Part shown: positions 39,413 to 48,700 of the stretch, one piece after another
Layout: the number at the start of each line of letters is the position of its first letter
How positions within the stretch are numbered: the first letter of the stretch is position 1
Assembly (NCBI GenBank): GCA_031384515.1
Contig: JANNAQ010000013.1
Location: forward strand, 40,495 to 104,494
Length of the DNA stretch: 64,000 nucleotides
DNA from: Bacteroidia bacterium
GTDB lineage: Bacteria; Bacteroidota; Bacteroidia; Cytophagales; Cyclobacteriaceae
Direction of reading: 5' to 3'
Translations under genes and position numbers: made by a program
The notes under the pieces: model-generated
The model's database searches: none
What the model saw: the letters and a program-made list of their open reading frames with translations, nothing else
What the model was told of the DNA's origin: nothing

Positions 39413-39817
39413 TCACTTCGTCCAGTTTGCAATGTCAAGTCCTTTAATCCGCTTGAAGTGGTCTGAGTTATTTGTAACAAGTTGAAATTCACTCGTCATG
39501 GCTATACCTGCTATCAAAGTATCCGTATGCCCTATTTCTGTTCCTTTTCTTCATAGGTCAGCTTGAATTATGGCTGCCGCTTTTGCCATACGCAATGTCA
39601 ACGGAACTACTTTGTTTAATTCTACAAATTCTTCAAACCTTGTTAATTGTTTTCTTGCGTCCTTGTATAAAAGTCCGTTGAGAATTTCATAATAAGTGAT
39701 GATGCTTAAACTGATGAAGCCATGCTCCTTCAGGTGTTCGTCAACTTTTGCAATAACCTTCGGGTTGCCTCGTAAAAATTCCGAGAGAACATCGGTGTCA
39801 AGCATTGAGGGTTTCAT
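39413..39817 (-). pseudogene. vapC: VapC/PIN toxin with an in-frame TGA at codon 89
   Basis: MLDTDVLS, SIITYYEILNG; after TGA (39551-53) the same frame continues RKGTEIGHTDTLIAGIA...LVTNNSDHFKRIKGLDIANW. Confidence 0.88.
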
Positions 39818-40059
39818 AAGTCAATGCTGCGGTCAAAGAGCGTTGTCCTTGATTTTTTGGGTTGATTAAGAAAATCCGCATAGTCCTTGTTGCTCATGTC
39901 GCTAAAAGCTCCGCCAAATGAAAGAATTTTCTTCCGCAATCCATCTGAGGCAGATTGTTTGGTAGGAGGTGTCAGAGAATGAACAAACTGATAGAGTTCT
40001 TCTAACCGGTTAACCGGAACATCTTTCATCTCTTTTAAAATGGAATTTAATGTCAACAT
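39814..40059 (-). CDS. Putative antitoxin
   Basis: 81-aa ORF whose stop overlaps the PIN gene start (ATGA); own -7 element at 40077-40084. Confidence 0.7.
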   Translation of the reverse strand: MLTLNSILKEMKDVPVNRLEELYQFVHSLTPPTKQSASDGLRKKILSFGGAFSDMSNKDYADFLNQPKKSRTTLFDRSIDL

Positions 40060-40247
40060 TGTCGTCTAAATTTTGTCAAAGGTAGCGGAAAAATAGCGTT
40101 AATCAGTAGCACTAAGTTTAGTGAGTATGCGACAGATGAATTTACTAAATGATAAAAATTTTGTCATAAAGTAATACTATTTGATTGGCGTTGGATCATG
40201 ATTCAACCATGAATACAATCTGCTAAATTGGATATGAGAAGAACATT

Positions 40248-40289
40248 CTCTACTCCAGCACCGGAAAATTATCGGTAGGTCTTTCGCGA
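40248..40289 (-). repeat. Orphan 3'-end copy A of the gene at 40534-41058
   Basis: Encodes RERPTDNFPVLE*; 40/42 identical to 40532-40573. Confidence 0.92.
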
Positions 40290-40475
40290 GGGTGATGCAA
40301 AGACCGCCTTTAGATCATTTTGGGTTAACCCCGGGTAACTCTCAAAAATCATCTTTTCAGTCCAGCCATTAGCCAATAGATCCAAAATCAATTCAACTGA
40401 AATTCTTGTTCCTTTTATTGTCGGTTTGCCCAATAAAACTTCTTTATCTGACATAATATGTTCTTTCCAATTCAT
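40269..40475 (-). pseudogene. DUF433 antitoxin-like gene, 3'-truncated by repeat copy A
   Basis: LLGKPTIKGTRISVELILDLLANGW......YPGL...DLKAV; the last codons run out of frame into the duplicated tail; no DUF5615 partner. Confidence 0.8.
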
Positions 40476-40533
40476 ACATCAAATATATTAGTTTTCAGGC
40501 AGAAGCAGAATCCAGCTATTGAGCAATCTTGCT

Positions 40534-41058
40534 CTACTCCAGCACCGGAAAATTATCAGCAGGTCTTTCGCGAAGATGGTACTCCATAATGATGCGTGCG
40601 CAGGTATTCCATCGCAGAACGGGATCATTATTACCGTCTCTGTTGATAGCATCAGCATTCTCATAAAACTCCATGGCTTCGCGATACCATTCGTAGGCAT
40701 CAAAATCAGAACCGGGGGTTGTTGATTTCAATGCTGTTGCGCCCTGACGTTCATGAACAATTCCGGTATAATAAATTCTGGCGTATTCATCTTTCAAACT
40801 CTTGGAAATGCTTAATGCTTGATTGGCTGTCTTCGAGGATGATTCGCCAAATTGATCCGTTAAGGCAAGCAACAAAATAACGGAGGCGCGCTGATTGTCA
40901 GGCGTAATCAACAGAACATCCAGGCAGATGCTCTCCGCCAACCGCGGCTGATTGAGCAAGCGATAATGTTCCGCTTTACCGAGTGAAGATTCAATGCCTT
41001 CTTTTGAAAGCGGCTTCAATTCAAACACATTTGCTTCGGAGGTTGTTGCTGTTCTCAT
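40534..41058 (-). CDS. Hypothetical TPR-like helical protein downstream of sdhB ('gene X')
   Basis: 174 aa; KAEHYRLLNQP..AESICLDVL...DNQ.A...LLLALTDQF, YYTGIVHER, VLRWNTCAR; 31 bp after sdhB. Confidence 0.8.
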   Translation of the reverse strand: MRTATTSEANVFELKPLSKEGIESSLGKAEHYRLLNQPRLAESICLDVLLITPDNQRASVILLLALTDQFGESSSKTANQALSISKSLKDEYARIYYTGIVHERQGATALKSTTPGSDFDAYEWYREAMEFYENADAINRDGNNDPVLRWNTCARIIMEYHLRERPADNFPVLE

Positions 41059-41089
41059 GGCGTAGAATGCTAAAGTTGTACTATTTCTC

Positions 41090-41863
41090 TTATTTAAATA
41101 TACGAAAAAGCTTCGTGCCTACATACCTTAGAGCATTTCGGCACGCAGGCATTAGCGGATCATAGAATTTATCGGCTACCCGCTCTTTCAATGGAATAAT
41201 GGCATTGTCGGTGATAGTAATATTTTCGGGGCACACAGTAGTGCAGCATTTTGTGATGTTACAAAGGCCGATGCCGCCTTCGGTTTTCAAATCTTGTCTG
41301 CGATCCTCCACATCTAAGGGATGCATTTCAAGTGCCGCAGTATACACCATGTGCCGCGGACCAGCAAATTGTTCGTGCATATTATGCTCGCGCAAAACGT
41401 GACAAACATCCTGACAAAGAAAACATTCAATGCATTTTCTAAACTCTTGTACACGATCAATGTCAACCTGATCCATTCGCCAGGTGCCGTCTGGGGCATC
41501 GGGTGGACGAGGTTTGAATTTTTTTATTTTTTTCTTGATACGATAATTAATAGAAACGTCCGTTACTAAATCCCGGATTACCGGAAACGCTTTCATCGGT
41601 TGAAGTGTGATCGGCTTGTCCTTCGGCATGTCGCTCATACGGGTCATGCACATAAGTTTAGGATGTCCGTTTATTTCTGCAGAGCACGAGCCACACTTTC
41701 CGGCTTTACAATTCCACCGAACAGCTAAATCATTGGCGGACTCTGCCTGTATCTGATGTACGGCATCGAGCACAACCATACCTTCGGTGATCTCAGTTTT
41801 ATATTCCTGAAATTCTCCACCGCTGGAATTTGTGCGCCATATTTTGAACGTTACGTTTGGCAT
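41090..41863 (-). CDS. sdhB: Succinate dehydrogenase/fumarate reductase iron-sulfur subunit
   Basis: WNCKAGKCGSC, CIECFLCQDVC, CNITKCCTTVCP. Confidence 0.93.
   Translation of the reverse strand: MPNVTFKIWRTNSSGGEFQEYKTEITEGMVVLDAVHQIQAESANDLAVRWNCKAGKCGSCSAEINGHPKLMCMTRMSDMPKDKPITLQPMKAFPVIRDLVTDVSINYRIKKKIKKFKPRPPDAPDGTWRMDQVDIDRVQEFRKCIECFLCQDVCHVLREHNMHEQFAGPRHMVYTAALEMHPLDVEDRRQDLKTEGGIGLCNITKCCTTVCPENITITDNAIIPLKERVADKFYDPLMPACRNALRYVGTKLFRIFK
41116..41151. repeat. 36-bp REP-like palindrome inside the sdhB 3' end
   Basis: TGCCTACATACC-12 nt-GGCACGCAGGCA; 12-bp stem with 3 G.U pairs on the mRNA strand. Confidence 0.7.
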
Positions 41864-41899
41864 TTACTTCATGGTATAAATTTACTAAGGCATTCAAAC

Positions 41900-41927
41900 T
41901 GCCTACTGCTGTTTGCCTATTGCCTAC
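41900..41927. repeat. Heptamer tandem repeat in the sdhA-sdhB spacer
   Basis: TGCCTAC TGCTGTT TGCCTAT TGCCTAC. Confidence 0.6.
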
Positions 41928-41934
41928 TTTTAAC

Positions 41935-43755
41935 TTACTTCATCTCATTAATAATCGCCTGGAGATCTTCGCGCACAGGTGCTTTTGGAATTTTCTTTAC
42001 TTCCATATTTCCAGCTTCATCTTTGCGAATGGTGATGTTAACTTTTCCATACTCTTCGCTCTTCTCTGGAAAGTCTTCACGAAAATGTCCGCCTCTGCTT
42101 TCCTTGCGTTCTTTGGCTGCGCGAGCAATTGCTTCCGCCACAGTAACCATGTGATTTAATTCCAGTGCAGTGTGCCATCCAGGATTATAACCTCGATTAC
42201 CTCCGCATCCTGTTTTCTTCACCTGGTCACTAAATACTTTTATTTTACCGATGGCTTCTTCTAATTCATTTTCAACTCTAACAATGCCTACAAGCTCTTG
42301 CATCTTTTCTTGCAAGCCAGCCTGTATCTGAAAAGGATTTTCACCTACAGCATTGTCTTCTCGTTCAAAAGGAGCCAACGCCCATTTCGCTAGTTCTTCA
42401 ACTTGAATTTCGTTGACCTTTACAGCTTGTGTTTTCTTGGCATAGTTCGCTGCATACTTACCCGCACGCTGACCAAAAACCAACAGATCGGAAAGTGAAT
42501 TACCTCCCAATCGATTTGCGCCATGAAGACCTGCTGCACATTCTCCGGCTGCAAAGAGACCAGCCACACTTGTCATTTGGGTATCGGCATCAACACGCAC
42601 ACCCCCCATGATATAATGTGTGGTTGGCCCAACTTCCATTGGTTCTTTCGTAATATCAACACCAGCCAGTTCTTTGAACTGGTGATACATGCTTGGCAAC
42701 TTTTTTTTGATATGCTCCGGAGCATTTGATATTTTTTCTTTGATCCAGGCTATATCTAAAAAGACTCCACCATGTGGAGTGCCACGACCTGCTTTCACTT
42801 CACGCATGATGCACCGTGCAACATGATCGCGTGTGAGCAGCTCAGGTGGACGCTTTGCATTTTTATCGCCTTGTGTATAGCGCCATCCTTCTTCTTCATC
42901 TGTTGAAGTTTGCCCTTTATAATTGTCGGGGATATCGTCAAACATAAATCTCTTACCCAGATTATTTCTCAACACACCACCTTCGCCACGGACCCCTTCT
43001 GTAATTAATAGTCCGCGCACGCTTGGCGGCCACACCATTCCTGTAGGGTGAAATTGTACAAACTCCATGTCGATGAGTTCAGCCCCCGCATGATAAGCCA
43101 ATGAAATTCCACCGCCTGTGCAATCCCAACTGTTGCTGGAGATTTTATAGATCCTGCCCATGCCACCTGTAGCAATAATGACTGCCTTCGCCTGAAATAC
43201 TTTGAAGAGACCTTTCTCGCGATCATAGCCAAAAGCGCCAACTACCTTATCTCCTTCTTTTAATAGACTAATGATGGTGTACTCCTGATAGACTTCAATG
43301 TTTTGATGAATGGCGTGATCTTGTAAAGTCCTTATCATTTCAAGTCCGGTGCGATCGCCCACGTGCGCGAGGCGAGGATATTTATGACCACCAAAATTTC
43401 GCTGCAAAATTTTTCCATCCTCCGTTCTGTCAAACACTGCGCCCCATGCTTCTAATTCTCTCACACGGTCGGGCGCTTCTTTTGCATGCAACTCTGCCAT
43501 GCGCCAGTTATTTAGATATTGACCTCCACGCATGGTGTCGGCAAAGTGTACTTTCCAACTATCGCGATCATCTACATTTGCCAATGCAGCGGCCACACCA
43601 CCTTCGGCCATTACAGTATGTGCTTTTCCGAGCAACGACCTGCTGATCATCGCTACAGAAACTCCGGATGATGCTGCTTCAATGGCAGCGCGAAGACCGG
43701 CACCACCAGAGCCGATTACCAGTACATCATGTGTAAATGTTTCGTAGTTCGCCAT
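41935..43755 (-). CDS. sdhA: Succinate dehydrogenase/fumarate reductase flavoprotein
   Basis: GSGGAGLRAA, GKAHTVMAEGG, QFHPTG, HYIMGG, HGANRLGGNSL, RKESRGGHFR. Confidence 0.95.
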   Translation of the reverse strand: MANYETFTHDVLVIGSGGAGLRAAIEAASSGVSVAMISRSLLGKAHTVMAEGGVAAALANVDDRDSWKVHFADTMRGGQYLNNWRMAELHAKEAPDRVRELEAWGAVFDRTEDGKILQRNFGGHKYPRLAHVGDRTGLEMIRTLQDHAIHQNIEVYQEYTIISLLKEGDKVVGAFGYDREKGLFKVFQAKAVIIATGGMGRIYKISSNSWDCTGGGISLAYHAGAELIDMEFVQFHPTGMVWPPSVRGLLITEGVRGEGGVLRNNLGKRFMFDDIPDNYKGQTSTDEEEGWRYTQGDKNAKRPPELLTRDHVARCIMREVKAGRGTPHGGVFLDIAWIKEKISNAPEHIKKKLPSMYHQFKELAGVDITKEPMEVGPTTHYIMGGVRVDADTQMTSVAGLFAAGECAAGLHGANRLGGNSLSDLLVFGQRAGKYAANYAKKTQAVKVNEIQVEELAKWALAPFEREDNAVGENPFQIQAGLQEKMQELVGIVRVENELEEAIGKIKVFSDQVKKTGCGGNRGYNPGWHTALELNHMVTVAEAIARAAKERKESRGGHFREDFPEKSEEYGKVNITIRKDEAGNMEVKKIPKAPVREDLQAIINEMK

Positions 43756-44532
43756 TTAAAATAGTCTCCAGTCTGTCCAAATACCCATTGAGCAAAGTCG
43801 CACATAAAGATCTGCGAACATCACACCGAATAAACTAAACCATGCCCAGTTCATATGCCCTCTGTTAAGGCAACTAGAACAATTATAGACTTTTCGTTGT
43901 ATCGGTGATTTTGAAAGGCGGTCTTTAAATCCTCCTACCAAATGACGAAAGCTGTGACATCCAAATGTGTAGCCACCCAGTAGCGTAGCATTGAGTGTTA
44001 ATACCAACGTGCCAATGCCAATACCAAATGTCTTTTCACCTGTGGAAGCATCGATGAACCACATTGCTTTGAAAGCATCATAGGCAAGAAGGATCACAAA
44101 AATAACCGCCAGGTACATAAAGTAGCGATGAATATTTTGCATGATCAGCGGAAAGGAATTTTCACCGAGATACGTTTTGCGTGGCTCCGATACTGCGCAA
44201 GCCGGAGGGTCGGCCCAAAAGGATTTGTAATAAGCACCGCGATAATAATAACAAGTGAAACGCATACCACCTGGTGCCCATAGAATTAGTAAGGCTGGCG
44301 AAAACGGAATGATCATAGGCCACCACGAAGGCTTGGGTCCAAACCAACTGTGCGGGGAGTCGCCAAATATTTCCGGAGAATAAAAAGGGGAGAGATAAGG
44401 ACCAATCGCATAATGCTCACCCTGAAAGGCAGCCCAGGTTGCATACACGATAAAAGAAGAAAGTCCTATTAAAACAAATAGCGGGCGCACCCACCACATA
44501 TCTTTTCTTGCCGTAACGCCAAAGCCCACCAT
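43756..44532 (-). CDS. Membrane anchor subunit, Rv0249c/Sdh1-like
   Basis: Multi-TM; YLSPFYSP, RFTCYYYRGAYY, QNIHRYF, GYTFGCHSFRHLVGG, LNRGHMNWAW. Confidence 0.82.
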   Translation of the reverse strand: MVGFGVTARKDMWWVRPLFVLIGLSSFIVYATWAAFQGEHYAIGPYLSPFYSPEIFGDSPHSWFGPKPSWWPMIIPFSPALLILWAPGGMRFTCYYYRGAYYKSFWADPPACAVSEPRKTYLGENSFPLIMQNIHRYFMYLAVIFVILLAYDAFKAMWFIDASTGEKTFGIGIGTLVLTLNATLLGGYTFGCHSFRHLVGGFKDRLSKSPIQRKVYNCSSCLNRGHMNWAWFSLFGVMFADLYVRLCSMGIWTDWRLF

Positions 44533-44663
44533 TAATACTCGGTTAGGGTTAATTTTTATTGATGTTAGGAAAAAATAAAATAAAAAACAATAGTTACCAT
44601 GTGGGTTTTTCTATCTAGCGAGCCAATAAAATCCACGAAGGACGGCAAAACGTATATCATGGC

Positions 44664-45644
44664 ATGGGCATTGAACTTGTGAAAAAAGTAATTCTTCTCG
44701 CTTCCATGGGGATAGCATCTTCTACCTTAGGGCAACGCATCAACACGACTGCGTTGTATCGCAACGTCAGCGCGCAAAAGTATTTTCGGCTTCACTATGA
44801 GAACGATTATTTCTCAACCACCGACATCTATTATACACAAGGCATTAATCTTGAGTACGTACATCCAACGATTGGAAATTTTTTTACGTCCAGATTATTG
44901 GTGCATTCGGATTCGAAGGATGTTAAATTTGGCATTTCCCTTGAACACGAAGCGTATACACCTACCAGCATTGCTCACTCCGAAATTCTAGTGGGAGACC
45001 GGCCTTTCGCGGCAGTAGTATTTTTCAATACCTTTTCGGTTGTAAGTGATGCTATTCGCAGAGAGCGTGTTTCGTCTTCTCTTAGTGCAGGTGCAATCGG
45101 ACCTGTCGCGGGCGGTAAAGAAATACAGGAGACAATTCATCGCTGGATCAATGACACTCAACCGCAGGGGTGGCAGAACCAGATCCGTCTCGATGTTATC
45201 CTGAACTATCAGATAGACTACGAGCGGGAACTTTTAATGTATCCAAATCATTTTTTACTTTCTGGAAAAGCGGGTGCCCGTGTAGGCACCTTGAATACGA
45301 AAGCGTATGCAGGGGTTATTTTAATGGCTGGTTATTTTGACGATCCGTTTAAAGACTTTTCAAAACAAGAGAGAAAATTGCAAGCTTATCTGTATGCAGA
45401 GCCATTATTTCAAATTATTGGGTATGATGCAACATTACAGGGCGGCTTAGTTCATCGGGCCAGTCCCTATACTATATCAGTGAGTGACATCAGCCGATGG
45501 GTTTTGCAGGGAAACGTTGGCCTGGTTGTTAAAATTAATAGGGTGCAAGTGGAGTATTTTCAGTCCTACCTTACAAAAGAATTTGAAACAGGAGGGTCTC
45601 ATCTGTGGGGTGGAATTCGAATAGGCTGGTATTTAGACAGGTAA
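44664..45644 (+). CDS. LpxR-family (DUF2219) outer membrane protein, copy 2
   Basis: Collinear paralog of 38353-39318, roughly two-thirds identical by eye. Confidence 0.82.
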   Translation: MGIELVKKVILLASMGIASSTLGQRINTTALYRNVSAQKYFRLHYENDYFSTTDIYYTQGINLEYVHPTIGNFFTSRLLVHSDSKDVKFGISLEHEAYTPTSIAHSEILVGDRPFAAVVFFNTFSVVSDAIRRERVSSSLSAGAIGPVAGGKEIQETIHRWINDTQPQGWQNQIRLDVILNYQIDYERELLMYPNHFLLSGKAGARVGTLNTKAYAGVILMAGYFDDPFKDFSKQERKLQAYLYAEPLFQIIGYDATLQGGLVHRASPYTISVSDISRWVLQGNVGLVVKINRVQVEYFQSYLTKEFETGGSHLWGGIRIGWYLDR

Positions 45645-45791
45645 AGCATAGGCAGCGACCGGGGCTGAATCATTTTTCCATGTTGTTGCTACCTCCAAAT
45701 TCTATATTTTTATAAGCTCAAAAACTAGCCCTTGTGAATACGGGGCGGCTGTAAATCCTCTGTAAAATATTGTGCTCAATAATTCCGCAAA

Positions 45792-48700
45792 ATGATCTGG
45801 CGTGAACGGAACTTGTTTTTTTGGTGGCTGGTGGCGGGGCAGCTGCTGTCGTCTTGCACGCCAGATCTTCCGAAAGAAGTAGCTTCTGCATATGGAACTC
45901 TGCCTGACAAACTCGATTACAATCTTCATGTAAAACCGGTATTGTCAGATAAATGCTTTTCCTGCCATGGGCCAGATAAAGCAAAACAAAAAGCTGGGTT
46001 ACGGCTAGATGAAGAGTTATCAGCATTTGGTGATCTTCCTGAGAGCCCTGGCAAAGTTGCCATTGATCCAGGAGATTTGAATGACAGTGAATTATTTCAT
46101 CGGATCATGTCGAATGATCCTGAATACAGAATGCCATCGCATAAGTCACATCTCAGTCTTTCCGCAAAAGAAAAAGCGATCCTGATAAAATGGATTGAAC
46201 AAGGAGCAGTCTATAAACCTCACTGGGCGTTTGTAAAGCCTGAAAAGTCCGATGTGCCTGAAGTGGCAGATCAGAATTGGACAAAAAATCCAATTGATTA
46301 TTTCATTCTACAAAGACTGGAGCAAGAAAAAATTGAACCTTTAAAGGAGGCCGGGAAAGAATTGCTGCTAAGAAGACTCGCATTAGATCTAACCGGGCTT
46401 CCACCGACTCTTGAGGAAATAGATGCATTTATTAATGATAATTCTGTTAATGCCTATGAAAAGCAAGTAGACCGTTTGCTCAATTCACCTCACTACGGAG
46501 AAAAAATGGCTGTCGACTGGTTGGACCTTGCACGCTTTTCAGATTCACACGGTTATACCGTAGATAGAATAATTGACATGTCTCCTTATCGAGATTGGGT
46601 TATTAATGCTTTCAACACAAATTTCTCATATGATAAATTTATTCATTGGCAATTAGCTGGAGATCTTATGCCAAATCCAACAAAGGAAATGCTTATTGCT
46701 ACTGCCTTTAATCGTATCCATCCGCAAAATATGGAAGGCGGAGTTATCGAAGAGGAATTTCGGACGGAATATGTGGTGGATAGAATTAATACAACGGGAG
46801 TAGCCATGATGGGACTACCAGTTGGCTGTGCCCGATGTCATGATCATAAGTTTGACCCTATTTCGCAAAAAAATTATTATCAGATGTTCAGCTTTTTCAA
46901 CAATGTAAAAGAAGCAGGGCAAATTTCATTTGATGATGCTACGCCCTCGCCAACATTATTACTTCTTTCGGTTGAGAAAGAAAAAATAATTAACTATTTA
47001 AAAGACAAGATTGAGAAACAAGAAAAAAAAATTGGGGAAGTAGCTAAAAATTCTGAAGAAGACTTTATGAAGTGGCTTCACTCTAAGGCGTATCAACAAT
47101 TTGATCAAGAAGGAATTCCTACCTCTGGACTACTTGCGCGTTATAATTTTGATAATGGCACCTTAACGAATGCAGTGAACCCTCGGCTGTCCGGCCAGAT
47201 GAAACGGGAATTCAGTGGGGTCCCCGGAGAAAAACCTGTATTTGAAAAAAGAGGTAATGGCAAAGCATTAGCTCTTAACGGAGATGAATGGCTTGACCTA
47301 AATCCGATAGGCGTGTTCAGAAAGTCTGATCCCTTTAGTATATCTGTTACTGTTTTCATTCCCAAAGATCTCAAAGAAGGTGTCATTTTTCATAAAGGCA
47401 TTGCAGAGCGTACCTATAATTACAGAGGTTACCATTTATATGTTAAAGACGACAAACTGGAGATGAGTTTAGCCCACGTTGCTCCTTCAAATGCTATCAC
47501 AAAGATCAGCAGGCGAACAGTGCCTAAGGATCAATGGCTGAAATTGACAATGACCTATGATGGTTCATCTAAGGCTGATGGAATGAAATTATTCGAGAAT
47601 GGTCTCGAACTGGAAATGGAGATTACAATGGATCAGTTGACCAAAGACATATTATTGAATTCAAAGGAGCAGCCAGGGCTTCAGATTGGAGCCTGGAACA
47701 GGGGCTGGGGTTTAAAGAACGGGATGGTAGATGACATACTGGTTTACAATAGAACGTTAACGGATATTGAAATAAAAATTATAGCAGGTCAAAAGTTGTG
47801 GTCTTCAACTATCTCCAAACAACCTGAACAATTGACCGAACAAGAGCAAACAGCTCTAGAGAATTATTATACTGGTGCTGTCCATCCTGATCTGATTGCA
47901 GCTCAGCAAGAACTAAAAGAGATGCGATCTGCTTTATCAGATTCTACCGAAAACATTCCGGAAGTAATGATCATGCAGGAGATGCCTCAGCGAAGGAAAA
48001 CGTTTGTTCTTCAAAGGGGTAACTATGATTTATTTGGCGAGGAAGTTTTTCCAAATACACCTCATGCTATATTACCGTTTCCAAAACAGTTGCCTAAGAA
48101 CCGTTACGGACTTGCGCAATGGCTAACTGATGCGGATCATCCATTAACAGCAAGAGTTGCCGTTAACAGGTACTGGCAAAATTTCTTTGGGACTGGTTTA
48201 GTTAAAACCTCAGAAGATTTTGGAAACCAGGGGGAGATGCCAAGTCACCTGGAGTTGTTGGATTGGTTGGCGGTAACGTTTTTGGAATCTGGATGGGATG
48301 TTAAAAAACTATGCAAACTAATGGTTATGTCTGCAACTTACCGGCAGGATTCAAAAGCAAATCAGTTCATAGTAGAGCGTGACCCCGAGAACAGGTTGCT
48401 GTCACATGGACCGGCCGTACGAATGTCTGCGGAAATGATCCGCGATAATGCGCTAATGGCTAGCGGGCTTTTGAATAAGAAAATTGGAGGCGGAAGCGTA
48501 AAGCCTTATCAGCCTGACGGTCTCTGGGAAATCAACAATACCAGTTACAAAGCCGATAACGGTGATGCGGTTTACAGACGAAGTTTATATGTATTGATAA
48601 AACGCTCGGTTCCCAATCCTACACTGGCAACATTCGATGCAACCTCCCGAAGTTATTGCGTTATGCGAAGGCAAGAAACGAATACTCCGTTACAGGCACT

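Noticed and set aside
39551-39553. TGA as a recoded sense codon (alternative code or selenocysteine)
   Set aside because: TGA ends normal genes here (e.g. 51940-51942, 58598-58600), the position is not a Cys site, and the other interrupted gene uses TAA.
28380-40585. Tail repeats as DGR template/variable repeats
   Set aside because: No reverse transcriptase in the window. Mismatches are mostly third-position changes in both directions, not restricted to adenines of one copy.
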